The notes below the pieces were generated by a model. It made no database searches. It had not been told where the DNA came from and saw only the letters and a program-made list of their open reading frames with translations. Shown here in pieces: positions 1 through 10,041 of a DNA stretch of 32,000 nt. This DNA is from Erysipelothrix inopinata (GTDB lineage Bacteria > Bacillota_I > Bacilli_A > Erysipelotrichales > Erysipelotrichaceae): positions 240,001 to 272,000 of the forward strand of contig NZ_CP060715.1 in assembly GCF_014396165.1 (NCBI RefSeq), read 5' to 3'. The position numbers and the translations under genes are program-made. The first letter of the stretch is position 1, and each line of letters opens with the position of its first letter.

Positions 1-819
1 ATTCAAAGAAACATGCGATTTTTGATCCAATCGATACATACCATCGTTCCAAATTCTAGGTATTTTATTGTACTGCATGACAAACTTTCCAATATCATTT
101 ATATAATCAATATATACATCAGAGCCAGTTGCATCTTTATCGATTTCCGACTTAGCATATGTTTCTAAATCCGGGTAGAATTCATATTGATCAAAAGGTA
201 TGAATTCATCACCACCAATATGAACGACCTTCGAATCCTTAAAACAATCCATAACACTGCTTAATAACCCTTTGATAAACAACCTTGCTTTCGGATTTGT
301 AATATCCAGCGCGGATTCTGAATTCTTTAATCGATACTGAGGATACGACTTAAGGATATGTTTTAAATGTCCCGGAGTATCAAACGATGGAATTACTTCA
401 ATATAATATTTTGATGCATATTGAATGATATCTTGCATATCTTGATAACTCAGTGCTTGATTCGAACAAAGCGATTCATATCCAGGTAATTTAAGACGAA
501 ACCCCTCATTTTCAGAAATATGAATTTGCAATCGATTCAGTTTTTTTCGCGCCATCATTTCTATGAGTTTGTAAAACCATTTCTTTGAGAAATATTTTCG
601 GCCCATATCAACATGAACACCCCGTTCAGTTAATATCTCTTTTTGTTCGACTTCCTTAACACCTTGTGCAGCATCGATAAGAGCATAGAATGCAAGTCGT
701 TCTGAATGTGCTTCGATTCGCGATTCAAAGATTTTGTACCCTTCTATTTCTTTACGAATGATAAGTTCATGTTCTTTATCAAACGTCGGAAAGAGATTCT
801 TAATTTTTTCTTCTAACAT
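1..819 (-). CDS. GH20 beta-N-acetylhexosaminidase, N-terminal portion (C-terminus lies beyond the window start)
   Basis: The ORF is open at the window edge, so it is absent from the track. My translation from ATG 819-817 (AGGAG RBS at 827-831) reads MLEEKIKNLFPTFDKEHELII...GVHVDMGRKYF...VIPSFDTPGHLKHIL...VVHIGGDEF. The D-x-x-R-x-F, D-x-PGH and H-x-G-G-D-E motifs are GH20 catalytic-domain hallmarks. There is no signal peptide, so the protein is probably cytoplasmic. Confidence 0.8.
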   Translation of the reverse strand, partial: MLEEKIKNLFPTFDKEHELIIRKEIEGYKIFESRIEAHSERLAFYALIDAAQGVKEVEQKEILTERGVHVDMGRKYFSKKWFYKLIEMMARKKLNRLQIHISENEGFRLKLPGYESLCSNQALSYQDMQDIIQYASKYYIEVIPSFDTPGHLKHILKSYPQYRLKNSESALDITNPKARLFIKGLLSSVMDCFKDSKVVHIGGDEFIPFDQYEFYPDLETYAKSEIDKDATGSDVYIDYINDIGKFVMQYNKIPRIWNDGMYRLDQKSHVSLN

Positions 820-919
820 GTCCTTACTCCTTTGTATCAAGTTTAACGATAATCACACTTAAAAATAATGAATAAATTATAGGAAAATCGGTACATATTA
901 GATTCACCACAAAGAAAAA

Positions 920-945
920 GCACCTTTAGATCTCTCTAAAAGTGC
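920..945 (-). terminator. Rho-independent terminator of the GH85 gene
   Basis: On the minus strand: GCACUUUUA-loop-UAAAGGUGC (one G-U pair) followed by UUUUUCUUU. Confidence 0.7.
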
Positions 946-957
946 TAGAAGTTCATA

Positions 958-3900
958 TTATTGTTTGATATTTCTTCTTTCAGAAACGATGATAAGTGTT
1001 CCTAAAACAACCAATGCCCCAGAAACTGCATAAATTCCTAATCGTGAAGACACGCCAGTTTCTGGAAGTTTTGTTTCTTCCTTCTCAGAACTTGTTTCCT
1101 CAGGTTGTACGGGTGTTACAGGTTCGACAGGTTCAGTCGGGTTTATTGGTTCGACCGGATCGATTGGATCGATTGGGTCGACTGGATCTACTGGATCGAC
1201 TGGGTCTACTGGATCTACCGGGTCTACCGGGTCTACTGGATCTACCGGGTCTACTGGGTCTACTGGGTCTACTGGGTCTACGATGACAATTTTTTCTAGA
1301 TTATCATATGCATCCTGTAGTTTGTTTAATAATGTTTTTAAGGAGTCGAGGTCCGCACCAGAGCCATTTGCGTCGAGCAGTTCTCTTACTTGGGTACGAA
1401 GAGATTCTAATAGTTTATACGATGTTTCAGTATAAAGTGTTCGATCTACATCCGTTCCATACCATAAAGAACGTAAAGCACTTATTTCATATTGATTGGG
1501 TAATGTTTCTACATCTGTTTCATCGATACCATTAATAATGAATTCATAGATTCGAGCAACATTTCCGGTACTCTCTGCTTTATGAAGTATTAATTTTAGA
1601 TAATTTGCTTCAGTGGTAGGAATGGCATCATAAGTCACTGCATCTGTATTCCAAGTACGCATAACAATGCTTTCCCAATTTTCTCCATCCATACTTGTGA
1701 GAATTTCGTAATCACGGGTATTCCATTCTTTATTCTCTCCACCTGCTTGTGCATGATGAAGTTCAAAACTTGTCAGTGTCACTGTTTTATCAAATGTTAA
1801 TTCCATCCACGGTTTATCAGTTTTATTATCACACCATTTGGTATTCATTTTTCCATCAAATGCTTGAGCTGCGCCTTCATTTGCAGCACATGCGTTTGAT
1901 ACTTTGTAATCTTTTGTCAAAGCTCCTAAGTTATGAGGAACTTTCTCGTAATTCTCATCGTAAACATAGATATAGTTATCTTTACGAACATTTACTTTTC
2001 CAGCTTCATTTTCAAGTGACATCGTAACACTATAAACACCTGGTTTATCAAAACGGGTCTTTACTTCTGTTCCAGTAAGTCGGTCTTCATCAGCACCTTC
2101 AACAAGCCATGATACCGATTCTGTTGATTGTGATGCAAGAGAGTTTAGAGTTACTTCATCACCCACTTTGATGAAACTTGAACTAGTTCTAAAGTCACCA
2201 CTTGGTAATTCAATTGCATCAAACTTAAAGCTGAATTTTGCTGCTTTATCAAAATGTGGTTGGTACATATTATCAACAGGAACAATCTCATAATTTAAGA
2301 TACCTTCCGCATTACGACGTTGATTTTCAATGTAGTATGCTGTATTGGAAGTACTTCCTTCATAGTGTTTTTCATCGCCTTCAATACGGTAAATATCGTA
2401 GTGGCGAATGTTTTTATGATCGTGTTTCCATTTTAATCTTAGATTTGCACTGACATTATCTGTGACTTTTTTCCCAACAATTTCGCTTTCTAAGATACTT
2501 GAAACTGTTTGAGTTTCTTTATTATCGAGTCCTAAATAACCAATATTTAGTTGACCATTATCAGCACTTTCTTTCGCTGTAAGGGAGACACCTATTTTCT
2601 TGACAGACTTACCAGAATAAGCTGACAGATCAAAGTGATGATTGGTCCATGTTTCTTCTGTTACTTTATCTGCATCTACCAAGACAACTTGGTCATCAGC
2701 GAATGTTAATTTGAGTTTAACGTCTGCTATCCCTTGAACCTTTAAGTTTGCTTGCGTTTGGGATTGGATTGAAACATCGCTAGCAAATAAATCCATTAGT
2801 GTAGTTGAACCTGCCACAAGTTTACCGTTGAGCCCGATTGATGATCCCCCATTGTATACGTTTTTGTAGTCAACAAAAGCTTTTAATTCATTATCAGTTT
2901 GGTCAATAATCCAACGGTATGTTGGCATTATATCTTGAACAGAACGGTTATTGAAGGTCCCTTCCTTCACAACCTTACCATTCATTGAATAATTATCACC
3001 ATTTCCAACATTAAAGGAAGTATGGAATGGTAGTGATGTGACAGGTGTCTTCTCAACAAAGTATCGAGAAAGACCTTGCCATGTGTTTCTTCCCTGACTG
3101 ACATCTCTTGGATCTGCCTGCTTATTAATCCAGAAATCACTTTCATTCTTCCAATAAGCATCGACATTATATTGTCCGCCATCACGTAAAGTCCAATCGG
3201 GCGCATACAGTCCAACTGACGTTAAAGCTTTACCATCATTTCCGACAGCATTTGAAAGTTTATCTGAGCTATTAATACCTCTTGCTTGAACATCGAATCC
3301 TGCAAGAACATCATAAGGACTGCGACCTAGTTCGATTGCTTTACTACGTGATCTTTCAGTCATAGCTTGGTTAAACCAGAAATTTAAGAACATATAGTCC
3401 GAGGTTCTTTGAGAACCATTTTGGAAGAACTTTTCATTATTTGAGTTTAATTGATTTTGCCATGATACCGAACCATTTTCTAGCATTGAATCATACCATA
3501 CCAATTCTAAATCATCAGATTTATGATTGTTGTAGTAAGCAAGAAACTCTAAAAATAATGATCCATGTTTTGCATTTCCTGTACTTGTTTCTTGATTGAT
3601 AAACCAACCATCAAATCCATACTGTTGTGCCATTTCGATTAATTTATCAGCCATTGGAAAATTCCCTTGCTCATCCTTAACTAAAAACTCATCAATCCAT
3701 TTGGCTTGCCCGCCATAAGCGGTTGGTGGAAAGAACACAGTTCCCATAACTGGAACACCATTACGGTGCCCAACATCAACGAGATCACCACTCGGTGGAA
3801 CAATAATTCCTTCACCTGCTGATCCTGCCCACCCAACAAGTACATCAACATACTGCCAATTTGTAAAGTTATAAACAGCTTTTTCTGTTGATCCTTGAGA

Positions 3901-4227
3901 GGGTGTGCCGCTGGTGTTTTTGTTTGCAATAGGAAGCGACACTACTTTGGCTTCCTTACTTTGATTTTCATTAACAGGGTCTCCTTGAACACGTTTCGCT
4001 AAAGGCACCTTAGATACATTATGTATTGCATCAGCATCTTCACTAAATTCCCATGCTAAAAAATCCTTAGGAAAGAAATGTGATGAATACGGACGTTCCT
4101 CAATGTCAGGAATGTCATCGTTTTTCTCCACTGTAATACGCTCCCCATGCGTATCTGCAGCAACCGGTAATACTAAACTTGTAATCAAAAGTCCCATTGT
4201 CATGAGACATTGTAACAATCGTTTCAT
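958..4227 (-). CDS. Cell-wall-anchored GH85 endo-beta-N-acetylglucosaminidase (EndoD-like) with PKD-like, F5/8 type C-like and FIVAR-like modules
   Basis: 1089-aa ORF with a GAGGAGG RBS. Signal peptide [37 protein letters not shown] carries the GH85 N-x-E catalytic context. [15 protein letters not shown] is PKD-like and [12 protein letters not shown] is discoidin-like. A (V/I)DP x13 proline stalk precedes LPETG plus a hydrophobic segment and an RRNIKQ sorting signal. Confidence 0.85.
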   Translation of the reverse strand: MKRLLQCLMTMGLLITSLVLPVAADTHGERITVEKNDDIPDIEERPYSSHFFPKDFLAWEFSEDADAIHNVSKVPLAKRVQGDPVNENQSKEAKVVSLPIANKNTSGTPSQGSTEKAVYNFTNWQYVDVLVGWAGSAGEGIIVPPSGDLVDVGHRNGVPVMGTVFFPPTAYGGQAKWIDEFLVKDEQGNFPMADKLIEMAQQYGFDGWFINQETSTGNAKHGSLFLEFLAYYNNHKSDDLELVWYDSMLENGSVSWQNQLNSNNEKFFQNGSQRTSDYMFLNFWFNQAMTERSRSKAIELGRSPYDVLAGFDVQARGINSSDKLSNAVGNDGKALTSVGLYAPDWTLRDGGQYNVDAYWKNESDFWINKQADPRDVSQGRNTWQGLSRYFVEKTPVTSLPFHTSFNVGNGDNYSMNGKVVKEGTFNNRSVQDIMPTYRWIIDQTDNELKAFVDYKNVYNGGSSIGLNGKLVAGSTTLMDLFASDVSIQSQTQANLKVQGIADVKLKLTFADDQVVLVDADKVTEETWTNHHFDLSAYSGKSVKKIGVSLTAKESADNGQLNIGYLGLDNKETQTVSSILESEIVGKKVTDNVSANLRLKWKHDHKNIRHYDIYRIEGDEKHYEGSTSNTAYYIENQRRNAEGILNYEIVPVDNMYQPHFDKAAKFSFKFDAIELPSGDFRTSSSFIKVGDEVTLNSLASQSTESVSWLVEGADEDRLTGTEVKTRFDKPGVYSVTMSLENEAGKVNVRKDNYIYVYDENYEKVPHNLGALTKDYKVSNACAANEGAAQAFDGKMNTKWCDNKTDKPWMELTFDKTVTLTSFELHHAQAGGENKEWNTRDYEILTSMDGENWESIVMRTWNTDAVTYDAIPTTEANYLKLILHKAESTGNVARIYEFIINGIDETDVETLPNQYEISALRSLWYGTDVDRTLYTETSYKLLESLRTQVRELLDANGSGADLDSLKTLLNKLQDAYDNLEKIVIVDPVDPVDPVDPVDPVDPVDPVDPVDPVDPVDPVDPIDPIDPVEPINPTEPVEPVTPVQPEETSSEKEETKLPETGVSSRLGIYAVSGALVVLGTLIIVSERRNIKQ
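1100..1285 (-). repeat. In-frame 9-bp tandem repeat (core 1157-1282, about 14 units GGRTCNAYY) encoding the (V/I)DP stalk
   Basis: Direct reading shows ggatcgatt ggatcgatt gggtcgact ggatctact and so on. It translates to VDPVDPVDP...IDPIDP, with degenerate xEP/xTP units on the C-terminal side. Confidence 0.9.
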
Positions 4228-4260
4228 ATGTTACCTCCTCAACGAGAATATTGTACCGAA

Positions 4261-4276
4261 TGACAAAGCGCTTACA
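4261..4276 (-). promoter_or_regulatory. cre-like (CcpA) candidate site downstream of putative -10 boxes of the GH85 gene
   Basis: The minus strand reads TGTAAGCGCTTTGTCA. The left half and central CG match cre TGWNANCGNTNWCA, but the right end has two mismatches. Two ACTATAATT boxes (4285-4294 and 4306-4315, minus strand) lie just upstream. Confidence 0.3.
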
Positions 4277-4545
4277 TAATGTACAAATTATAGTTTAATC
4301 GTTAAGAATTATAGTTCTTTGCAAATACTTAAAAATCTTTAACAGATAGGTTTAATGCGTACGCATCGTAAATTTCATTATATTTTTAAAAATAAATTTT
4401 TGTAATAACATGATAGTTAGAAATAAATTGCAATATTTTTTATTACGTGTATAATTATTTTTAGTAAGGGCTTTCTTTATGTGATTTTTTCATTTAAAAA
4501 AGCTATAATAGTACCAGATTGTCTTTAAATGAAAGGGGGATGTAA

Positions 4546-5376
4546 ATGGATATTAAATATGGTTTATTTGAGGTCCTTAAAAATCCTGAGGCAGCACTCA
4601 CTCCGACAGAGCGTGAACTTGCAGATTATGTTCTCATGAATCCTCAATACGTCTTATCAATGACAATACAAGAGCTTGCAACCCATAATAACACGAGTCC
4701 TTCTGCTGTGACCCGTCTTTGTAAGAAACTTGATATTGCGGATTACCGCAGCTTTAAAATTTACCTTTCGCAATCTCTTGAACGCCAACGTATTCGTGAT
4801 AAAAGAAGTCTGATTGAATCGAGTCCTTATGGACAGTTCTACCAAGACATTCAAAACTCACTTGAAGAAACCTTAGATATTGTTGATCAAGACAACATTT
4901 CAGCAGTCAATAAATTAATTCATGAAAGTGAAGTCGTTTACGTTTATGGCAACGGATTTTCTAAAGAAGTTGCGGATGATATTTTTAAGAAATGGAATGT
5001 GGTAGGAAAAAGTTTTGTTGTTATTCCAGATCGTGATACCGGAGTCATTGCCGTTTCTAATAGTAAAAAGAAAGGTATCTTTATCGGTCTTTCTAACAGT
5101 GGAAACTCTAACGATGTTACCCGAGTTATGGATGGCGCAATAAGAAATGGTCTTCCTACTGTTGCGATTACCAATTACAAAGCTTCTGAGATGAGTCAGA
5201 AAGCAGATTATACGCTCTATAATGGTAAAGGAACCAAGCTTCCTAAATTTGTTTCGTACTCTATTTATGCACAAATTTTTCTAATTGATGTGCTCTATTT
5301 AGACTATGTAGAAACCTATGGACCCAAAGAATATAAATTTAAGGGCCTCCCGACAGATACAACGTTTAAGAAATGA
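4546..5376 (+). CDS. RpiR/MurR-family transcriptional regulator (HTH_6 + SIS), paralog 1
   Basis: MTIQELATHNNTSPSAVTRLCKKL is the HTH. SIS-type motifs are VYVYGNGFS and GLSNSGNS. RBS AAGGGGGA. A GCTATAAT -10 box lies at about 4501-4509. Confidence 0.85.
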   Translation: MDIKYGLFEVLKNPEAALTPTERELADYVLMNPQYVLSMTIQELATHNNTSPSAVTRLCKKLDIADYRSFKIYLSQSLERQRIRDKRSLIESSPYGQFYQDIQNSLEETLDIVDQDNISAVNKLIHESEVVYVYGNGFSKEVADDIFKKWNVVGKSFVVIPDRDTGVIAVSNSKKKGIFIGLSNSGNSNDVTRVMDGAIRNGLPTVAITNYKASEMSQKADYTLYNGKGTKLPKFVSYSIYAQIFLIDVLYLDYVETYGPKEYKFKGLPTDTTFKK

Positions 5377-5434
5377 TTATCAAATAGTTACATAAAGTTT
5401 GCTATAATGAAAAATATAAAAAGGTGGTATAGAG

Positions 5435-6220
5435 ATGGATATCGAATATGGCTTATTTGAAGTACTTGAGAATCCAATTACTGAACTGACAGCAACAGAA
5501 GCAGTACTCGTTAATTTTATTTTGGAACATCCACGCGATGTACTCGATATGACGATACAAGAACTTGCTCTGAGTAACGATACAAGTCCTTCAGCAGTAA
5601 CAAGACTTTGCAAAAAGTTAAATATTAAAAACTTTAAGAATTTCAAAATCTATCTATCACAATCTTTAGAGCGTGAAAGAATCCAAAATAATAAAATTGT
5701 TGCTGAAACTAGCATCTATGGAAAGTTCTTCCAAGACATTGAACAATCACTGGAAAATACACTTGCTGTTTTAGATGAAGAGAAAATGAAAGTTGTTAAC
5801 AAACTTATCCATGATAGTGAAACAATCTATGTTTATGGTATCGGTTTTTCACGTGAAATCGCAGATAGCATCTTTAAAAAATGGAACATCTTAGGTAAGA
5901 GTGTCATTGTTATCCCAGATAGAGATACGGGGATTATCTCAGTTTCTAACAGTTCAACAAAATGTCTATTCATAGGTATCTCAAATGGTGGTAACTCGAT
6001 TGATGTTACTTACGTCATGGATGCCGCATTGGAAAGAGGATTGCAAACTGTTGCCATTACAAACTATAAGAATTCCAAAATGAGCCAGCGAGCAGACCAC
6101 ATGCTCTATAGTGGAGGCGGTCCTGTACTTCCTAACTTCGCCTCATATGCTGTTTACTCACAACTATTCGCAATCGATATGCTTTACCTTGATTACGTAA
6201 ATACATACACTGAATCATAA
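5435..6220 (+). CDS. RpiR/MurR-family transcriptional regulator (HTH_6 + SIS), paralog 2
   Basis: Collinear with the upstream paralog at roughly 60 percent identity by eye (MDIEYGLFEVLENP..., SPSAVTRLCKKL, IYVYGIGFS, VAITNYK). It has its own TGCTATAAT extended -10 and an AAGGTGG RBS. Confidence 0.85.
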   Translation: MDIEYGLFEVLENPITELTATEAVLVNFILEHPRDVLDMTIQELALSNDTSPSAVTRLCKKLNIKNFKNFKIYLSQSLERERIQNNKIVAETSIYGKFFQDIEQSLENTLAVLDEEKMKVVNKLIHDSETIYVYGIGFSREIADSIFKKWNILGKSVIVIPDRDTGIISVSNSSTKCLFIGISNGGNSIDVTYVMDAALERGLQTVAITNYKNSKMSQRADHMLYSGGGPVLPNFASYAVYSQLFAIDMLYLDYVNTYTES

Positions 6221-6223
6221 AAA

Positions 6224-6259
6224 AATCCTGACCTTGTAGAAAATTACAACGTCAGGATT
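6224..6259. terminator. Bidirectional terminator between RpiR paralog 2 and queH
   Basis: AATCCTGAC-N18-GTCAGGATT, flanked by an A-run on the left and a T-run on the right. Confidence 0.75.
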
Positions 6260-6263
6260 TTTT

Positions 6264-6980
6264 CTATTTCTTACACAACGCTTCTTTAGCTTGGCGATTT
6301 ACTTCAACAAGATCTATACCTTGATCACGGGCTGCAAAGACACATCCACAATAGCATTGGCGATAAATATCGTATTCATCGCACATCTCAACGGATCGAT
6401 AAAATCCACCCCTTTTCTTAAAATCAGAAGGTAGGAAAGATACATTGTATATTTTTTGAACCTCGTACCCAACTGCATTCACAACTTGGGAATTTTTATG
6501 CGGAGATAAGGTCAGTGCTGTACCAAAATAATCGAATCCATATTCAATTGCTGCTTTCGCAACCTCTTCAAGTCGCATATCGAAACAAGCCGTACATCGT
6601 TTTCCACCTTCTCGTTCTTGTTCTAAATTATTCTCACGAACCATCTTCACAAATTCATTAGGTTTATACTCTGCTTCAAGATACTTCACATCTGTATTAT
6701 TCTTAAGATTAAACTGATCGATAAATTCTTTTTGGACTTGTGCTCGACGATAATATTCATTTCGCGGATAAATATTTGAGTTTGAAAAGAATATTGTGAT
6801 ATCTACATCATGGCTAAGTCTTTCTAAACTGTAGGTACTACAAGGAGCACAACACGAATGAAGTAAAATACGCGGTTTCTTTTCATCATGATGCCAATTA
6901 TTGACATGTTTTTCGAGTTCTAAGTCATAATTCACTTTATCTCCTTGAAGATAAGCTTCAATTCGCTCGTGAATCGTCAT
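6264..6980 (-). CDS. queH: Epoxyqueuosine reductase QueH (DUF208)
   Basis: An LLHSCCAPCS motif, a later RCTAC and a C-terminal CYCGC, at the typical length of about 240 aa. Confidence 0.8.
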   Translation of the reverse strand: MTIHERIEAYLQGDKVNYDLELEKHVNNWHHDEKKPRILLHSCCAPCSTYSLERLSHDVDITIFFSNSNIYPRNEYYRRAQVQKEFIDQFNLKNNTDVKYLEAEYKPNEFVKMVRENNLEQEREGGKRCTACFDMRLEEVAKAAIEYGFDYFGTALTLSPHKNSQVVNAVGYEVQKIYNVSFLPSDFKKRGGFYRSVEMCDEYDIYRQCYCGCVFAARDQGIDLVEVNRQAKEALCKK

Positions 6981-6993
6981 TCCATCACCATCC

Positions 6994-7734
6994 CTAGCTT
7001 TTATACGCTTTTAGCGTTAGAGCCCCGTAGTTTATATTAGGGTCGTAGCTGTCGCTGTAATCGCCCCATATCTCAACCTTGTCAAATCCTACGCTTTCAA
7101 GCATGAGAAGCGTCTCTCTTAGGCTGTACCAATAAAGCTTAAATGTCTGCAACTCACTCTCAACTAAAGAACCATCTCGCCACAGGTCATACTTCAGTAA
7201 TTCTTCAGTAAACTGATTCACCCAATTAACAGAAAGATGTGAACTCGTTAAAACTATTTTTTCGCTTTCTGAAACATCGAGTGGGTAAACATTATGAGAC
7301 CCTTCTTTAAAGTGATTCGGAAAAATAATGTCAAACATAATGAAACCATCTTCACTCAAATGTTTTCTAAAATTTTTCAAGACATTTTCGATATTATCAA
7401 ACAAACAAAATGTCCCTGTAGGAATAATGATTGCCTCATACTTCTTATCGAAATTGTAGGTTTCAACATTACCCTCAATAAGTACTGAATCGAGATTTCT
7501 GAGAAGACATGCATCCTTGCACTTCAAAATCATATCTGAAGAACTATCGATTCCTTCAATATTAATTCCTTTCTCAAGATATGGAACTAGCAGTCTCCCT
7601 GTCCCAACTCCCGCTTCTAAAACATTATCAACATTCGCAATATGTTTTTCATAAAACTCAAGATCACCATCTAGTGATGTTCCTATTGGTTTTGATACTT
7701 CATAGTAAAGCGCACTCAATTTCTGATAACTCAT
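6994..7734 (-). CDS. Class I SAM-dependent methyltransferase
   Basis: Motif I is LEAGVGTGRL and there is an acidic residue at the end of beta-2 (GIDSS). AAGGAG RBS. The stop lies 14 nt from the queH start, so the two are probably co-transcribed. Confidence 0.75.
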   Translation of the reverse strand: MSYQKLSALYYEVSKPIGTSLDGDLEFYEKHIANVDNVLEAGVGTGRLLVPYLEKGINIEGIDSSSDMILKCKDACLLRNLDSVLIEGNVETYNFDKKYEAIIIPTGTFCLFDNIENVLKNFRKHLSEDGFIMFDIIFPNHFKEGSHNVYPLDVSESEKIVLTSSHLSVNWVNQFTEELLKYDLWRDGSLVESELQTFKLYWYSLRETLLMLESVGFDKVEIWGDYSDSYDPNINYGALTLKAYKS

Positions 7735-7913
7735 TTGTTATTCTCCTTTTATGTGTAGTTTTTATTTGTGTTAATACTGATCTGACTTTCATACTATCCC
7801 TCCATTAATTATAATTAAGTAACTCTATGCGATTATATTCTTCGCTTCGTACTTAATCTATATGGTAATTGTAACTTATTACCTCACATTTTCGCAAACT
7901 TGGACATAATAAA

Positions 7914-7941
7914 AGTACCAGTATGAGATTCTACTAGTACT
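7914..7941 (-). terminator. Terminator of the VWA adhesin gene
   Basis: AGTACCAGTA-N8-TACTAGTACT (one mismatch), with a U-run on the minus strand. Confidence 0.55.
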
Positions 7942-7950
7942 TCTACTAAA

Positions 7951-9708
7951 TTATTTTTCAGGTTCTTTCTTAAAACTTAGAGCAACAAACACCCCACCTA
8001 CTAAAGAAATTGCCCATCCAAAATAATAAAAGAATGATGAGTCTCCAGTCTCTGGTAATTCTTCAGATATTTTTGGCTCAACAGGACCTACCGGTTTTAT
8101 GGGTTCAATAGGTTTCACAGGTTCTATTGGTTTCACAGGTTCTATAGGTTTCACAGGTTCTATAGGTTTCACAGGATCAACTGGTTTCACAGGATCAACT
8201 GGTTTCACAGGTTCCTCTTCTACTTCTACAAGAGTTGTAGATTTCGCAATAAAATTGTTAATTTCAAATGAATAAGTGAAGTCTTTTAGATTTGTTTGGT
8301 TAGTATCAAATCGATAACTTCCAGAAGAGAATACTTTATTATTGAATTGTTCTATTTCATCATTAACTTTATATTCAACCTCGTAAATTCCCGGAACACT
8401 TACATTAACATTATTGCTCACAACTTCTAAGCTCGAAGTTACTTCTGATTCCCTATCACTAAATTCAACATCAACATCTTTGATAGGATCAAATTTTTTG
8501 TGAATAGGCCATTTAATTTTCTCTGGTGTCTTAATGGTTGGCGGTGTATTCTGAACTAATCTACTGACAGAATACGTTATATTAATTTCTTTGAGAGTGT
8601 CTTCGACAATCTTTCCAGTTATCTTCACTTTGTCATCAACTAGAATATCAAATCTATCTGTAATATCATTCCCAACTTCATCGGTTATTAACACACTTTG
8701 AGTATCAATCAAGTAATCCGAGGAAATTTTATCAGTAAATTCAAATGAAGATATATTACTTTCCTCCGCTTTGTCGCTAACATAACTTTCTATCATTTTT
8801 TGAAAATCATTGATATTTTCTTGTTCATAGAAATTATCATTTCCTATCACATTAGGAACAGTCTCTTTTAAAAGTTCATAGGCCTTTAAAGATTTGCTTG
8901 ACTCATTTTTTTCTCCATTTGATAGATTTAATGCAAATTTTAGCGGTAACTCTTTCGTTTTAAAGTAGTCAATCGCCGTGAGAGTCACATCGTTTGCTTC
9001 TTTTATCATCGATTCTGGACTTTCAGATTTTTGAAAGAACAATGAATTATTAGAAGATATATCCATATTATTAAAACCATCAGTCACTAAAATTACATCA
9101 TTAATTTCTCCCCTACTAAAGTTTTTATCTAATTCATCTGCAAGACGAACTAGAGATGCGCCAGTAGGCGTTGCATCGATAGTTTTCATTTGTTTTACAA
9201 TTTCTAAGGCATTACTCATGGAATTTATTCTATCATCCAATGGTTGTTCATAAGTATTGAGAGCATTACGACCCGGAGTATCTGTGTTCGGTGTTTTCCC
9301 AAATTTCGGGCTATAAAAAGCAGCGTTATCACGAGATGAATACCATGTTGAATATCCCCAAACATAAATTTCAAGATTTGGATGATCTTTATATTTATTT
9401 AACATGATTATGAATCCTGGCTGAACTACCGTTTTCCAACGTTGGTCAAAAGAATTTGATAGATCAACAAGAAATACAAGCCTCATCTTGTCCTTCTCTG
9501 ACTTGATAGGTTTTGGAACTTTAATTGATTCATTAACTGTATGTTTTATTTTTTTACTGTGAATTGTACTATTTGATGTTTCTTCAACTTCTGTCGTAAC
9601 AGATCTATTATTCTCATCTTGAGTGCTTAGGGCATAGACATTTCCATTCATAATTACAAAACTTGAAAGAATTGCAAGTATCAATAATTTCGATAAACAT
9701 TTCTTCAT
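7951..9708 (-). CDS. LPXTG-anchored von Willebrand factor A (VWA) domain surface protein
   Basis: Signal peptide [31 protein letters not shown] DxSxS in [10 protein letters not shown], followed by ATPTGASL and [10 protein letters not shown]. An Ig-like/DUF5011-like segment ([13 protein letters not shown]), a KP(V/I)(D/E)PV stalk, and LPETG plus a hydrophobic segment and KKEPEK. Confidence 0.85.
   Translation of the reverse strand: MKKCLSKLLILAILSSFVIMNGNVYALSTQDENNRSVTTEVEETSNSTIHSKKIKHTVNESIKVPKPIKSEKDKMRLVFLVDLSNSFDQRWKTVVQPGFIIMLNKYKDHPNLEIYVWGYSTWYSSRDNAAFYSPKFGKTPNTDTPGRNALNTYEQPLDDRINSMSNALEIVKQMKTIDATPTGASLVRLADELDKNFSRGEINDVILVTDGFNNMDISSNNSLFFQKSESPESMIKEANDVTLTAIDYFKTKELPLKFALNLSNGEKNESSKSLKAYELLKETVPNVIGNDNFYEQENINDFQKMIESYVSDKAEESNISSFEFTDKISSDYLIDTQSVLITDEVGNDITDRFDILVDDKVKITGKIVEDTLKEINITYSVSRLVQNTPPTIKTPEKIKWPIHKKFDPIKDVDVEFSDRESEVTSSLEVVSNNVNVSVPGIYEVEYKVNDEIEQFNNKVFSSGSYRFDTNQTNLKDFTYSFEINNFIAKSTTLVEVEEEPVKPVDPVKPVDPVKPIEPVKPIEPVKPIEPVKPIEPIKPVGPVEPKISEELPETGDSSFFYYFGWAISLVGGVFVALSFKKEPEK
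8093..8213 (-). repeat. In-frame 18-bp tandem repeat (about 6.5 units) encoding the KP(V/I)(D/E)PV stalk
   Basis: ggtttcacaggttctata appears three times and ggtttcacaggatcaact twice, with degenerate flanking units. Confidence 0.9.
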
Positions 9709-9994
9709 ATTTTTTCTCCTTTATATTAAATATGAATTAAGTATTTTTGAACGTATTCTCTTATATATTGTCTTTTTATATTATATAGTAAACATGCAAT
9801 ATCCCTCCCAAGCACAACAAAGGAATATTCTTTTTCAAATCACCTCTTTATCTCTATATGTTGTTTACAATTTGAGTTTCCCTTTTTACACAAATTTAGT
9901 AAATCCTTGTCCAGCTACATTATAAATGACACAATCATTTTAAACAATTACTGTTTAGTATTATACTTTCTTTCAAACTTAAACCATTAAAAAA

Positions 9995-10020
9995 TGCTGA
10001 TAAGAAAAGTCTTATCAGCA
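9995..10020 (-). terminator. Terminator of the NADH oxidase gene
   Basis: A perfect 10-bp stem TGCTGATAAG-N6-CTTATCAGCA, with a U-run on the minus strand. Confidence 0.8.
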
Positions 10021-10041
10021 CTATATTTTCTCAAATATTTT

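Noticed and set aside
996-1535. Plus-strand ORFs antisense to the GH85 gene (996-1286, 1105-1299, 1308-1535 and others up to 3929). Similar antisense ORFs occur in the RpiR, nox, repeat-protein and coaX regions.
   Set aside because: They are nested inside much longer, well-supported genes and have low-complexity or repeat-derived sequences and no RBS. The repeated MTIKCH ORFs at 12125, 12356 and 12584 simply mirror the 231-bp coding repeat.
7697-7792. A 31-codon upstream ORF with a strong GGAGGG RBS that overlaps the start of the methyltransferase gene. A possible preQ1 riboswitch ahead of the methyltransferase-queH operon was also considered.
   Set aside because: I could not fold a preQ1-I or preQ1-II-like hairpin with the conserved loop and A-rich tail in 7735-7860. 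The upstream ORF has no recognisable features and may be fortuitous. It is worth checking only if ribosome profiling data exist.
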